Assembly: GCA_016712505.1 (NCBI GenBank)
Contig: JADJQY010000009.1
Coordinates: forward strand, 234,690-298,689
Length of the DNA stretch: 64,000 nucleotides
Source: Candidatus Eiseniibacteriota bacterium
GTDB taxonomy: Bacteria > Eisenbacteria > RBG-16-71-46 > CAIMUX01
Reading direction: 5' to 3'
Part shown: piece by piece, positions 13,837-23,956 of the stretch
How positions within the stretch are numbered: position 1 is the first letter of the stretch
Layout: every line of letters starts with the position of its first letter
Program-made: the position numbers and the translations under genes
The notes under the pieces: model-generated
Database searches by the model: none
What the model saw: the letters and a program-made list of their open reading frames with translations, nothing else
Told to the model about the DNA's origin: nothing

Positions 13837-14709
13837 TTACCCGCGGTCGGCCTCCTCCGCCCCGAACGGGGGCTGGAAGATCATCGTGACCTGCGATCCG
13901 TAGATCGGGTAGTCGATCGCGCAGCGGTAGCCGCGAAAGGCAGATGGTTCCCAGCCGAGCTGGCTGCAGGCGAGGCGCAGGATCTCGGCGTAGCGGGGAA
14001 CTCCGGTCGCGCGGAAGCGGTCGAGGCCGGCGCCGAGCGGGCGGATCGACTCCTCGAGATGGAGACGGTCGAGGTCGCGGCCGGGATCGTTCACGGATGC
14101 GACCCCTTCGAGCACCGTGTCGTAGATGGCGAGGGTAGGGTCGCCTCCCGGGTAGACATCACGATGCACCAGCACATCGAAGATCAGCCGGACGGCCGGT
14201 GTGGTCACCTCGGCAAAGAAGTACGAGCGACGGCCGGAGCGGGGGGGCACGGTGGCGTCCAGCTCGTCGAGGTTGGCCTCGGCGAAGACCAGATCGCTGA
14301 CCGCGTTGGGGCCGAAGCCGTGGTCGGCCAGAGTGTAGCGCACCACCTCACCCGACTCGTGCACCTCGAGCTCCGGTGGAGGGACGGAACAGAACGCGTC
14401 GAGTCGGAGCCCGCGAAAGTCATGGACCGCCTTCCCCTCGAGGGTGCGCGGGGCACGGGGAGCGCCGGGGCCGGCGATGCGCCGCGAGGTGAGGCGCACG
14501 CGGCTGCCGGGGCGGTGACGCCGCAGGCCGAGCATGCCGAAGAGCCAGGCGACGTCGAGGCGTCCGGTGCGTGCCGCCGGGTGCAGGAGCACCGTGGCGA
14601 CCGAGGTCTCGACCGAAGCGCCGATCAGCTCGCTCATGGCGCGGAACGCGGCCTGCTTGCGCCGGAGTTCGAACTCGCGACGGGAATCAGGGAGCCAGGC
14701 GCTCATCAT
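13837..14709 (-). CDS. Hypothetical protein (290 aa), unknown function
   Basis: Complete ORF with coding-like composition, co-directional and 38 nt downstream of 14748..15104; no family recognised. Confidence 0.4.
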   Translation of the reverse strand: MMSAWLPDSRREFELRRKQAAFRAMSELIGASVETSVATVLLHPAARTGRLDVAWLFGMLGLRRHRPGSRVRLTSRRIAGPGAPRAPRTLEGKAVHDFRGLRLDAFCSVPPPELEVHESGEVVRYTLADHGFGPNAVSDLVFAEANLDELDATVPPRSGRRSYFFAEVTTPAVRLIFDVLVHRDVYPGGDPTLAIYDTVLEGVASVNDPGRDLDRLHLEESIRPLGAGLDRFRATGVPRYAEILRLACSQLGWEPSAFRGYRCAIDYPIYGSQVTMIFQPPFGAEEADRG

Positions 14710-14747
14710 CGCCTCGAGCGCACTGCGATCACCGGCTTCGACGCGAA

Positions 14748-15104
14748 TCAGGCGATCAAATGCGTCGATGGCGGCAATCGCACGGGCCGCGTGTTCGGGG
14801 AGACGCGGCCCGCGCGACGGGCGGACTGGACGACGCGACGGAGCGGGGCCGGGCCGGGCGCGAGATGGATGACCGCCAGCGGCTCACTCGCCCGCAGCAT
14901 CTTCATCACCCGCGTGGCCAGCACCTTGTCGAGCGAGAGCTCGGCGGCCAACTCTCCGGGCGCGCGCGGCGGCCGGGGAAGCGCGTCGAGGAGCTGCTGC
15001 AGCGCCTCGCGGAGCTCAACCCCGACGTCGCCGATCCTCCCCTCGAGGAGACGCGCCCGATGTTCATTGGAACCGTACTCGAGCGATCGTTCCGCGCTCT
15101 TCAT
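14748..15104 (-). CDS. Hypothetical protein, possible HTH-type regulator (118 aa)
   Basis: Start trimmed to internal ATG (MKSAERS...) to remove overlap with 15131..15850; 'ELAAELSLDKVLATRVMKMLRASEPL' helix-turn-helix-like segment (weak). Confidence 0.3.
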   Translation of the reverse strand: MKSAERSLEYGSNEHRARLLEGRIGDVGVELREALQQLLDALPRPPRAPGELAAELSLDKVLATRVMKMLRASEPLAVIHLAPGPAPLRRVVQSARRAGRVSPNTRPVRLPPSTHLIA

Positions 15105-15130
15105 CGAGGCTGATTCCTGCGCGCTCGGCT

Positions 15131-15850
15131 CTACGGCCGGTACAGCCGCTTCACCGCGCCCCAGCTTCCGCGCTCGGTCGCGACCGGCTGATCGACGTAC
15201 TCGACCGAGAGATTGTCCACGCCCACGTTCCATTGCTGGAAGATGGCAAAGTTGCACGGCTCGAGCCAGTGAATCTCCACCCGATCGACGCTGCTCACCA
15301 CGTCGTTCCAGGTGACTCCGGGACGAAACGCGGCGCAGTCACCGACCCACCCGCCGCTCCAGCCGGCCGGGACCGGATCGCTCGACAGACTGGGCACATC
15401 GACCTCGTAGTGCTGCCACCCCGCGCCGACCAGCGGCACGTTGGGTCCGATGAAGTAGGCGAAATCGTCGTCATCGACGTCGTTCGGCGTGCCATGGGTG
15501 TTGCGCAGCAGCAGGACGACGTTGAAGCCGGAACCGTCGCCGAAGTCCATGTGATGGTTGATCAGGTCGAACGAGATCCGGCTCACTCCCGAGAGGGTGT
15601 AGTCCCCCTTGAACGGGTTGTCGTTCGCCCAGGAACTCTGCACAGCGGGATCGAAGGTGTCGTACTGCGGCTGGTGCAACCACCACCCCGGATTCCCGCC
15701 GCTCGACTCGAGCAGGTCGCCTCCAGGGATGAAGGTCCATCCGGCCTGGTTGGCGCCGCCTTCGAAGTCGTCGACGAAGGTGACGGCATGCGCGGAGGTG
15801 GCGAGGTAGGCGGCGAGAGAAACGGTGATCCATGCGAGCTGCGATTTCAT
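15131..15850 (-). CDS. Secreted hypothetical protein ending in 'SWGAVKRLYRP' tail
   Basis: GGAGG RBS 5 nt upstream of ATG; signal peptide MKSQLAWITVSLAAYLATSAHA; C-terminal motif shared with 3 other proteins. Confidence 0.65.
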   Translation of the reverse strand: MKSQLAWITVSLAAYLATSAHAVTFVDDFEGGANQAGWTFIPGGDLLESSGGNPGWWLHQPQYDTFDPAVQSSWANDNPFKGDYTLSGVSRISFDLINHHMDFGDGSGFNVVLLLRNTHGTPNDVDDDDFAYFIGPNVPLVGAGWQHYEVDVPSLSSDPVPAGWSGGWVGDCAAFRPGVTWNDVVSSVDRVEIHWLEPCNFAIFQQWNVGVDNLSVEYVDQPVATERGSWGAVKRLYRP

Positions 15851-16101
15851 CGGTGCCTCCGGATTGCTGAGTCCGCTTCCGCGGCTGGTCCTGCGACTTG
15901 CGACCAGCATCAGATCGCTCCTGACACGAGTCAAGATAGTTTCCTGGAAATTTCCGGCGTTCTTAGTATTCACTCCGACCTGCTATATAATATATTGTTT
16001 AATATATAGTTAGCCGGTCCCCATGCGCACTTCATTGGTGCGATCGTCGGTATCAAAGCGGGGCCGAAAGGCTCGGCGAGCGGGCAGGGGGACGAGGCCC
16101 C

Positions 16102-18558
16102 CTACCGGAGAATCGTCACGCGCTTGGTGCCGTACAGTCCGTCCGTGCCCCGAGCCTGGAGCAGATAGACTCCGCCGGGCAGAGGCGCACCGGTGACCAG
16201 GTCCTCGATCACGATTTCGCCCGCGCCGCTCGCGGTGGATTGAGTGATCCGACCGAGCTCGCGCCCGGAAATGTCGTGGAGCGAGAAGGTGATCGGTCCC
16301 GACGCCGCTGCCTCGAGGTGGAATCGGATTGGACGCTGCTGGGGAACGGGATTGGGGTAGAGGGAGAATTCTCCGTCGCCGCCCTCGCCCGGAGTGGGAC
16401 CAGATTCCACACCGTCCACCCCGACCGGCGCGCTGAACTCCGCGACCGCGCACGCCTCCGATATGGCGCTGATCCATAGGCGTCCCTGGCCATCGAACTC
16501 GACATCGCCGAGCTGGTAGTGGGGGATCGGGTGCGTTCCGTAGCGGTAGACGTGCCAGTTCGCGGGAAGGCTTGGGCTCCCCGAGATCACGCAGACTCCA
16601 TTTGGGTACGGCGGCTGGCCCGAGAGATCGTCACACGCGAGCGCAACCAGTCCGTCCTCACGCACATCGATTCCCTCGATGCGGCGGGCGGGGAGGGGGG
16701 AGTTCGCGACCTTCCAGACCTGCGCCAGGCCATTCTGGGAGCGAACCAGACCGTCGTTCGTACCGATCCAGAACACGTCGTCCGGTCCGATCGCCATGCA
16801 GGTCGGGCCGAGATCGTTGAGGTCGATGCCGAGGTTTACGTTGCTCCACGCGGTGCCGTCCCAGCGGCGCGCCAGGGTCTCCCCTTCGATCGGCAGGCCG
16901 CCGATGGAGTAGACGTTTCCGGCCGAATCGCGGTGCAGACCGAAGTGGGCGTTGTACTGGTCGATGTCCCAGTTCGTGCCGTTGAATCGGTAGATCCAGG
17001 CATCCTCGCTCGCGCCGAAGACGGTGCCGTTCATGTCCTCGGTGAAGTGGCGGAAGATGGTCACCCCCATCGGTGGGTTGTTCTGCCAATTCCAGAAGCC
17101 GGAGAATTGACCGGTGCCCGGAACCCACCGCCCGATTCCGTTGCCGCCCATCCAACCGACACCCGCCTGGTCGAGATAGAAGCTCCCCATCGGCTCGTTC
17201 CCGGCCCAGGGATACGGTTCACTCCCCTTGTTGTGATTTCCCCAGTTCCGCCACCGCGTGCCGTCGAAGCGGGAGATTCCTCCTTCACCGGTGGCGATCC
17301 AGAGCGCGCCGCTCCGATCGAGATCGATCTTACTCACGAAGTAGTCGGGCATGCCGGTGTTGAAGCGGTTGAGCCAGGCCAGTCGAGTTCCATCGGCCGT
17401 GATGTGCTTCAGGTAGCCGGTGTCGAGGTTCACCCCGCTGTGCCAGAGCCAGAAGTCGCCGCCGGGGCGAGGCAGGACGTTGTTTACCCAGACACCGTTG
17501 TTGAAGTAGCGAAGACTCCAGGTCGAGCCGCCAGAGGCGCTCTGCTGGATCACCTGCCCGATCACGTTGGAGGCCCAGACCCGGCCGCTGGAGTCGAGCG
17601 CGATCCCCATCACCTCGTTGTTGGTGAACGGAGTGTTGCTCGCACCGAAAAACTCGAGGGTATCGTTCCGATAGCGGATGATCGGGGCGCCCACCAGCCA
17701 GAGGTCACCCTGGGGATCGACGAACTTCGGTTTCAGGTTGGCGACCTCCTGCCCGAATCCATCGACCGTCGGGTGAAGGCTCCAGGCCGAGCCGTCCCAC
17801 TCCGCCAGGCCGGAGTGCAAGAACGCCGCGACCCACACATGCCCGGTCGCCGGGTCGATCGCGGGACCGCGCAGCGGCGTGATCGAGGGCCACGGGAGAC
17901 CTGCGCCCCCACGCCAGGTCGTCCAGGTGGTGCCGTCGAATCGGTGCAATGCACCGTCGGTGAAGTTCAACCGCGTGTTGTTGACCCAGACCGCGCCGCT
18001 CGGGTCAACCGCCACCGACTCGATCTCGTTGTGCTGGAACGGAGCGTTCCCGGTCGTGTAGAGGGTCCAGGCGCCGCCGACGAGATGGGCCAATCCGTCG
18101 TTCGTGGCCGCCCACACCGATCCATCGGGGGAGAAGGCGATCTGATTCACCAGCGCGGAGGGGAAATCGATCGTCAGGCTGTTGGGCACATTGCTGTGCA
18201 CTTCCCACGAATTGGTTCCTGGGTCGTAGACCCCGATACCTCCATCCGACCAGAAAGGGTGGCGCGCGCCGACCCAGATCCTCCCGTCCGGCCCCAGGGC
18301 CGCAGTGCGAACTTCTTCGCCGGGCAGACCGGTGGTGCCGGGCGAGACGGTGTCCCACTGCGGGGTGTCGTACTGCGCACCGGCGGGGAAGACGCTGGTC
18401 GCCAGTGCGGTGCAGGTCGCGAAGATGAGACAGGTGGCCCGCGCGGGACGGGAGTGAGGGCGGCCGGTCGCGGCGTCGATCTGCGGTCGCCGGTTGGCGC
18501 CGTGGTCTCCGAATTTGCCTCTGTCCTTAGCAATCGAGCGAAAGTGAGCGTGGGTCAT
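16102..18558 (-). CDS. Secreted multi-bladed beta-propeller protein with T9SS/FlgD-Ig-like C-terminal sorting domain
   Basis: Many W/G-rich propeller-blade repeats (two-component-regulator-propeller-like); C-terminal tail 'GGVYLLQARGTDGLYGTKRVTILR'; N-terminal start uncertain (long n-region before hydrophobic signal). Confidence 0.5.
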   Translation of the reverse strand: MTHAHFRSIAKDRGKFGDHGANRRPQIDAATGRPHSRPARATCLIFATCTALATSVFPAGAQYDTPQWDTVSPGTTGLPGEEVRTAALGPDGRIWVGARHPFWSDGGIGVYDPGTNSWEVHSNVPNSLTIDFPSALVNQIAFSPDGSVWAATNDGLAHLVGGAWTLYTTGNAPFQHNEIESVAVDPSGAVWVNNTRLNFTDGALHRFDGTTWTTWRGGAGLPWPSITPLRGPAIDPATGHVWVAAFLHSGLAEWDGSAWSLHPTVDGFGQEVANLKPKFVDPQGDLWLVGAPIIRYRNDTLEFFGASNTPFTNNEVMGIALDSSGRVWASNVIGQVIQQSASGGSTWSLRYFNNGVWVNNVLPRPGGDFWLWHSGVNLDTGYLKHITADGTRLAWLNRFNTGMPDYFVSKIDLDRSGALWIATGEGGISRFDGTRWRNWGNHNKGSEPYPWAGNEPMGSFYLDQAGVGWMGGNGIGRWVPGTGQFSGFWNWQNNPPMGVTIFRHFTEDMNGTVFGASEDAWIYRFNGTNWDIDQYNAHFGLHRDSAGNVYSIGGLPIEGETLARRWDGTAWSNVNLGIDLNDLGPTCMAIGPDDVFWIGTNDGLVRSQNGLAQVWKVANSPLPARRIEGIDVREDGLVALACDDLSGQPPYPNGVCVISGSPSLPANWHVYRYGTHPIPHYQLGDVEFDGQGRLWISAISEACAVAEFSAPVGVDGVESGPTPGEGGDGEFSLYPNPVPQQRPIRFHLEAAASGPITFSLHDISGRELGRITQSTASGAGEIVIEDLVTGAPLPGGVYLLQARGTDGLYGTKRVTILR

Positions 18559-18847
18559 CTCAGCCTCCCCCAGGAACCGAGCGCACCACCCGGGCCATGC
18601 GAAGGTCGGAGGGCGCGGACTCGAAGTGGATCAGTTCGCCGGAAACGGTCGGGGCGGATCGGGGGGAGATACAGCGCAGGTCGCACGAAACGCTTGGGGC
18701 TCGAAGCCAGGTCTGGCAATGCGTTCCAGGACAAACGACTAGGGGATGTCCCAAACTCCCTCCCCAAAACGGGGGAGGGAGGCAGGAGCGGGGCTCGCGA
18801 CCGGGCGGTGCCTATCCTCCCCGACGGCGGCCGCGTGCGGTCGACGC

Positions 18848-20407
18848 CTAGCGCATCTCCGCCAGCGACTCGACCATCTTCCGGCTGCCCTGGAGCGCCA
18901 CCCGTCGGGTGTAGAACTCGAGTCCGCGAAGTCCGCCCAGTTCTTCGCCCCCGCCAGCGCGGCCCGGCCCGCCGTGGATCGACTGCGGAAGCACCAGTCC
19001 GGAGCCCATCGCCTGCTCGGCCATCTTGGAGCTGCCGAGGTAGAGGCGACCGGTCCAGGCCCCGCCTGCTTCGACGAAGCGCGAGACCCAGGCGTCGTCG
19101 TCGCTGTAGACCGAGGTGACGAGTGTCCCCTGCCCAAGGGCGACGAGCGCCGCCGCGTCCGCGGCCGAATCATCGTGGGTCATGATGGTGGCGACCGGTC
19201 CGAACACCTCATGATTGTGCACCGCGGTCGCGGCGCGCGCCTCCGGGGCATGGAGCAGCGTCGGGGCGAGGAAGAAGCCGGTGCCTGCGGGATTGCCGAC
19301 GCCATCGATGCGATGGCCACTCCCGAGCACCAGCCGCGCCTGGGCTTGCAGCGTGGTGATGCCGGCCAGCCCGTCCTCGAGCTGGCGCGCGGAGGTCAGC
19401 GGTCCCATGGTGACGCTGGGGTCGGCAGGATTCCCGGTGACCACACGGCCGAGCCGGTCGGCTAGCTCGGACAGCACCGTGTCGAGCATCGAAGCGGGCA
19501 CGAAGACACGCCGGACCGCGGTGCACTTCTGCCCGGTCTTCTGGGTGATCTCGCGCTCGACGTCTTTCAAGAAGAGGTTCCAGGTGTCGGAACCGACCGC
19601 GACATCAGGCCCAAGAACCGCGGCATTCAGGCTGTCCGCCTCGATGTTCACCCGAGTGCTGGAGGCGAGCAGGTTCTCGGTGCGGCGGAGCTTCAGCGCA
19701 GTTGCGGCCGAACCGGTGAACGCGAGTGCGTCCTGTGGTCCGAGGTGCGAGAGGAGATCTCCCGCCTCGCCGCAGATGAACTGGAGCACCCCATCGGGGA
19801 GGATGTTTGCCTCGACCAGGATCTCGACGCACCGCGCCGTGACCATGGCCGTGGAACTGGCCGGCTTCGAGATCGCGGGCACGCCGGCGAGAAGCGAGCA
19901 GGCCGCCTTCTCGGCGAAGCCCCAGGCGGGGAAGTTGAACGCGTTGATCTGGATCGCGGCGCCGAGAAGGGGAACGCGCATGTGCCGCCCGTAGAAGCGC
20001 TCCGTCCTTCCGAGGGCCAGCCCTTCACCGTCGACCAGCACGCGGCGGTTCCCGAGTTCCTTCCCCAGATTCGCATAGAAGGCGAGGGTCGCCGTCGCCC
20101 CGTCGAGATCGAACTTCGCGTCCTTCCTGGTCGTCCCGGTCGTCTGGAGCGAAAGCTCGATCAGCGCGTCGCGATCGGCGTAGAGCGCCTTCGACATCGA
20201 CTGGAGGAGGTCACCGCGCTGGGCGAAGGTCAGCTGCCGAAGCGTCGGTCCCCCCTTCGATCGAGCATGCTCGAGGGTCGCGCGAAAGTCGATCCCGACG
20301 CTCGACACCCGTGCCACCACCTGCTCGCTGCACGGATCGTGCAGCTCGGTGAACCCGGTCGTGGCCTCATGCCAGTGCCCGCAGACATGCGATCTCAGCG
20401 TCTTCAT
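18848..20407 (-). CDS. paaZ: PaaZ-type aldehyde dehydrogenase domain protein (oxepin-CoA hydrolase/3-oxo-5,6-dehydrosuberyl-CoA semialdehyde dehydrogenase family, ALDH domain only)
   Basis: Blocks 'IQINAFNFPAWGFAEKAACSLLAGVPAISKPASSTA', 'QKCTAVRRVFVP', 'IHGGPGRAGGGEELGGLRGLEFY' align with E. coli PaaZ N-terminal domain; no MaoC domain. Confidence 0.8.
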   Translation of the reverse strand: MKTLRSHVCGHWHEATTGFTELHDPCSEQVVARVSSVGIDFRATLEHARSKGGPTLRQLTFAQRGDLLQSMSKALYADRDALIELSLQTTGTTRKDAKFDLDGATATLAFYANLGKELGNRRVLVDGEGLALGRTERFYGRHMRVPLLGAAIQINAFNFPAWGFAEKAACSLLAGVPAISKPASSTAMVTARCVEILVEANILPDGVLQFICGEAGDLLSHLGPQDALAFTGSAATALKLRRTENLLASSTRVNIEADSLNAAVLGPDVAVGSDTWNLFLKDVEREITQKTGQKCTAVRRVFVPASMLDTVLSELADRLGRVVTGNPADPSVTMGPLTSARQLEDGLAGITTLQAQARLVLGSGHRIDGVGNPAGTGFFLAPTLLHAPEARAATAVHNHEVFGPVATIMTHDDSAADAAALVALGQGTLVTSVYSDDDAWVSRFVEAGGAWTGRLYLGSSKMAEQAMGSGLVLPQSIHGGPGRAGGGEELGGLRGLEFYTRRVALQGSRKMVESLAEMR

Positions 20408-20544
20408 CGATGGCTTCCTTTCGCGGATCCGGATCCGGGCGCGCTCGCGACGCGCCGTGGGCAGAGGGGGAATACTAGCGGAGGCCGGAGAGGAATCCGA
20501 GGGGGTGTTGCACCGGGAGTGGTGGGCGGCGGGCGTCCCGCCTC

Positions 20545-20566
20545 GGTGAACTTCCCCCGGGGGCAG
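20545..20566 (+). repeat. Palindromic repeat copy A (gaacttcccccgggggcag) forming 5' exon junction of group II intron
   Basis: Immediately followed by GTGTGCG (group II 5' consensus GUGYG). Confidence 0.7.
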
Positions 20567-22506
20567 TGTGCGCCAGGCAAAGCCTGGGAAGGGAGGATGG
20601 TGAGCCTCTGCGGCTCACTTGAAACTCATCGATAGCGACCCGGTGGGTCCGAGTCCCACCCGGCAAAGCTGGCCAGCAGCCGGAACCGAGTGTTGCGTGG
20701 TCCCGAGGCAACTCGGACTGCGAAGCGTACACAGGGAACGAGCAGGCCGTGTGATCGAGCCTCGAAATCGGGCACTTGCGGGAGCCGGCGCTCTACTGTC
20801 AAGCGACGGCAGCAGGTGGACGGTGATTGGCCTTCCGCCCACCTCCCGCCGGGGTCAAAGAGCAGGGCGTGCTCGTGCAAGGGTCGTCCAGGAACCTGGG
20901 AGATCCCGCCTCCTCCTCGCCTCGGGTGAGGCGCCAACGCCGAGGAAACGAAGGCTCTGGTGTGCGGAGTCGGGAAGTCAGAGTGCCTGCGTAGTACCGG
21001 AGAAAGCGGGGAACCGGACCCTTCCGGGACCCGCTGGAGGGAAGGCGGGCGCCGGATCATGGAACCGATGGAAGGAAAGACGCATGGGAACTCTGAGTCC
21101 CCGCAACGTCTCAACGACACTCCAACGGATAGCGGACATGGCCCGGGAATCTCCGGACCGAGTCTTCACCAGCATCCACCATGCGGTGGATCTCGAGCTT
21201 CTGCGGGAAGCGTACCGGCGCACGCGAAAGGACGGGGCAGTAGGGGTAGACGGGCAAGGGTCGGAAACGTTTGCGGCGAACTTGGAGCAGAACCTCCGGT
21301 CCCTCCGCGATCGGCTCAAGCTCGGCACCTACCATGCACCGCCGGTGCGCCGAGTGCACATCCCAAAGGGAGACGGGGCGAAGACGCGCCCGATCGGCAT
21401 CCCGACCTTCGAGGACAAGGTACTTCAAAGGGCGGTGACCATGGTGTTGGAAGCGATCTACGAGCAGGACTTCAAGGACTGCTCCTATGGCTTCCGCCCC
21501 GAACGGTCAGCTCATCAGGCACTGGAAGAGATCTTTCAACGCATGATGAAGATGCACGGCGGGTGGGTGATCGAACTCGACATCGAGAAGTTCTTCGACC
21601 GACTCGACCACCGGAAGCTGCGGGAATTTCTGGACCAAAGGGTGCGTGACGGTGTGCTACGCCGCGCTCTCGACAAGTGGTTGAAAGCGGGGGTTCTGGA
21701 AGAGGAACGGCTGAGTCGCCCTCGGGAAGGAACCCCACAGGGAGGCGTGATCTCTCCGCTTCTCGCCAACGTCTACCTTCATGAAGTGCTCGACCGATGG
21801 TTCCTGGAGCAGATCGTGCCCAGGCTGCGAGGCAACTCCTTCCTGGTTCGGTACGCCGATGATGCCATCCTGGTCTTCTCCTCGGAGGCGGACGCTCGCC
21901 GGGTGCTCGCGGTTCTAGCCCAGCGGTTCAATCGCTTCGGCCTGACCCTGCATCCGGAGAAGACCCGACTGGTTCGGTTCCTCTGTCCACCCTACTTGCG
22001 AAAGGAACGACTCCTGCCTCGCGATGGTGGACCGGAGAGCTTCGACTTCCTCGGCTTCACCCACTACTGGGCGAAGTCGCAGCGAGGCCGGTGGTTGGTG
22101 AAGAAGAAGACCGCGAGTGAGCGTCTTCGGCAGGCCCTCAAGCGGGTCTCTGCCTGGTGCCGACGCGACCGACACCAGAAAGTCGCCTGGCAACACGGTC
22201 GACTGGTTCGAAAGATCCTCGGTCACTTTGCCTACTATGGCGTCACCGGGAACGATCCGCAGCTCTCGCGCTTTCGTGACCGGGTGACCCGCATCTGGCA
22301 ACAGTGGCTGAGTCGCCGATCCCAATCGACCCCCATGCCGTGGGACCGCTTTCACCGCCTGCTCGATCGGTACCCTCTACCGATGCCGCGGATCGTACAC
22401 AGGGTGGGTCACGCAGCCAACCCATGACCGAGGAGCCGGATGCGCGAATCGCGCACGTCCGGATCTGTGGGGGGGGGGCGCCCGCGGGGGTGGCCCCTAT
22501 CCCGAT
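20566..22506 (+). mobile_element. Group II intron (~1.9 kb) with ORF in domain IV
   Basis: 5' end GTGTGCG; 34-nt domain V 'GAGCCGGAUGCGCGAAUCGCGCACGUCCGGAUCU' (AGC triad, AC bulge) at ~22433..22466; DVI-like hairpin with bulged A and ...gat 3' end; boundaries +/- few nt. Confidence 0.7.
21084..22427 (+). CDS. Group II intron-encoded reverse transcriptase/maturase (RT + X domains, no HNH/En domain)
   Basis: RT motifs 'RPIGIPTFEDKVLQ', 'FLVRYADDAILVF' (YADD), 'FLGFTHYW'; RBS GAAGGAAAG upstream of ATG. Confidence 0.9.
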   Translation: MGTLSPRNVSTTLQRIADMARESPDRVFTSIHHAVDLELLREAYRRTRKDGAVGVDGQGSETFAANLEQNLRSLRDRLKLGTYHAPPVRRVHIPKGDGAKTRPIGIPTFEDKVLQRAVTMVLEAIYEQDFKDCSYGFRPERSAHQALEEIFQRMMKMHGGWVIELDIEKFFDRLDHRKLREFLDQRVRDGVLRRALDKWLKAGVLEEERLSRPREGTPQGGVISPLLANVYLHEVLDRWFLEQIVPRLRGNSFLVRYADDAILVFSSEADARRVLAVLAQRFNRFGLTLHPEKTRLVRFLCPPYLRKERLLPRDGGPESFDFLGFTHYWAKSQRGRWLVKKKTASERLRQALKRVSAWCRRDRHQKVAWQHGRLVRKILGHFAYYGVTGNDPQLSRFRDRVTRIWQQWLSRRSQSTPMPWDRFHRLLDRYPLPMPRIVHRVGHAANP

Positions 22507-22523
22507 TCCGGGGGAAGTGCCTG

Positions 22524-23789
22524 CTAGTCCCCCCTCCCGTACTCCGGCACCGACCCGCGGGCGTGGGAGTACTTCGGTGCGTTCACTTCCTGAACGCGTC
22601 GCAAGTACTCCTGCTCGGAGATCTCGGTGCGCCAGTAGCCGGCCAGCCTGGCGGCGTTGATCCCGCCGAAGAAGAGGACGACGACCAGGGCGGCGAACAC
22701 CGTTGGGCGGACCGCGCGCCGCCAGGGGGCGGGCGTTTCGACCGCGAGGGCCGAAGGGACGGGGCAGGCGGCGACACAGGAGAGGCAGCCGAAGCACTCA
22801 TCGGACGACACGCGGGTCGCACGATCGACCGCGAGATTCGACGGACACGCCTTGGCGCAGAGACCGCAGTCGATGCAGTTCTTCGGCGTCCGGGTGATCT
22901 TTAGCGGTGAGAGCAGCGAGGTCACGCCAAGCAGTGCGCCGTAGGGGCAAAGATACCGGCACCAGAAGTAGGGCACGACGATCGAGAGGCCGATCAGCAC
23001 GACCAGCGTCTTCAAGGCAAGGGTCGAGATCTGAGCGAAGAAGAGCATCATCTTGACGTCGGCCACCTTGTTGTACGGCGAGCCGAGGAAGAGCGCCACG
23101 TCGCGCGGGGTCATCTTGACGAAGATGGCGTAGACGAAGAAGGCGAGGAGCAGATACTTGATGCTCCTGAGCGGAAGATCGGCCCAGCGAGGAAGTCGCA
23201 CCCGCGGTGCGCGCATCCGCCGGAGCAGCGGCGCGAACAGGTTCCGACCGATGGCGGCCAGCGACTCGGAGAGGGTGCCGATCGGGCAGAGCCAGGAGCA
23301 GAACGCTTTCTTGAGCAAGAGGCCGGTGGCGACCACCAGGCCGAGAATCACGAAGCCGGCGGGATGGACGCGACTCACCTCGCCGGTCTCGAGCCAATGG
23401 CGGAAGGTGAGGAGGGCGGAGATGGGAAGGAACCCTTCGATGCCGGGGGGACGCGTTCCTTCCAGGCGCCCGGCTTGCAGCGCGAAGACCCAGCGCGTGA
23501 ATTGCCACCCGATCCAGACGATCACGGCGAGGGAGGCGAGCTGAACCCCGAGGCGGAGGTTCTCGATCCGCGCGCGGCGCGCGCGGTACGCAGGTCCCTT
23601 CAGCACCAGCGGCTTCAACGCGGCGCGCAGGGCAGCGCGGTCCGTGCCACGTTCGTCGTTGGGGTCGCTTGCGCGGACGACCGCGCGGTCGTCCGCGCCG
23701 TCGTTCGCGGGATTGCCCGGGGAGAGATCGTCTTGGCCTTCGGCCGGCGCGGTGATCGTGGCTTCGGAGAGAAGAGGATTCGTCGACAT
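22524..23789 (-). CDS. Membrane-bound 4Fe-4S polyferredoxin (NapH/MauN-like)
   Basis: Multiple TM helices with CxxC motifs ('FCSWLCPIG', 'WCRYLCPYG') and two ferredoxin motifs 'CIDCGLCAKACP', 'CFGCLSCVAACP'; start set at internal ATG (MSTNPLL). Confidence 0.55.
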   Translation of the reverse strand: MSTNPLLSEATITAPAEGQDDLSPGNPANDGADDRAVVRASDPNDERGTDRAALRAALKPLVLKGPAYRARRARIENLRLGVQLASLAVIVWIGWQFTRWVFALQAGRLEGTRPPGIEGFLPISALLTFRHWLETGEVSRVHPAGFVILGLVVATGLLLKKAFCSWLCPIGTLSESLAAIGRNLFAPLLRRMRAPRVRLPRWADLPLRSIKYLLLAFFVYAIFVKMTPRDVALFLGSPYNKVADVKMMLFFAQISTLALKTLVVLIGLSIVVPYFWCRYLCPYGALLGVTSLLSPLKITRTPKNCIDCGLCAKACPSNLAVDRATRVSSDECFGCLSCVAACPVPSALAVETPAPWRRAVRPTVFAALVVVLFFGGINAARLAGYWRTEISEQEYLRRVQEVNAPKYSHARGSVPEYGRGD

Positions 23790-23956
23790 CTCGATTCCCT
23801 TTCCGAGTTCATAAGAAGACATTCGGACCAAAAGATCCTAATAGCAGTATCGGATCTGATGCCACGGTGGTCAATCAGAATATGGAGCTTATGCGGGCGA
23901 GCTGCTCAATCCAGCTAACGCAAAGTCTTACATATTGTTGACGAATCGAGGTTCGG

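Noticed and set aside
14748-15257. Full-length track ORF 14748..15257(-)
   Set aside because: Its first 51 codons overlap the 3' end of the well-supported secreted-protein gene 15131..15850 and are R/G-rich. The start was trimmed to the internal ATG at 15104.
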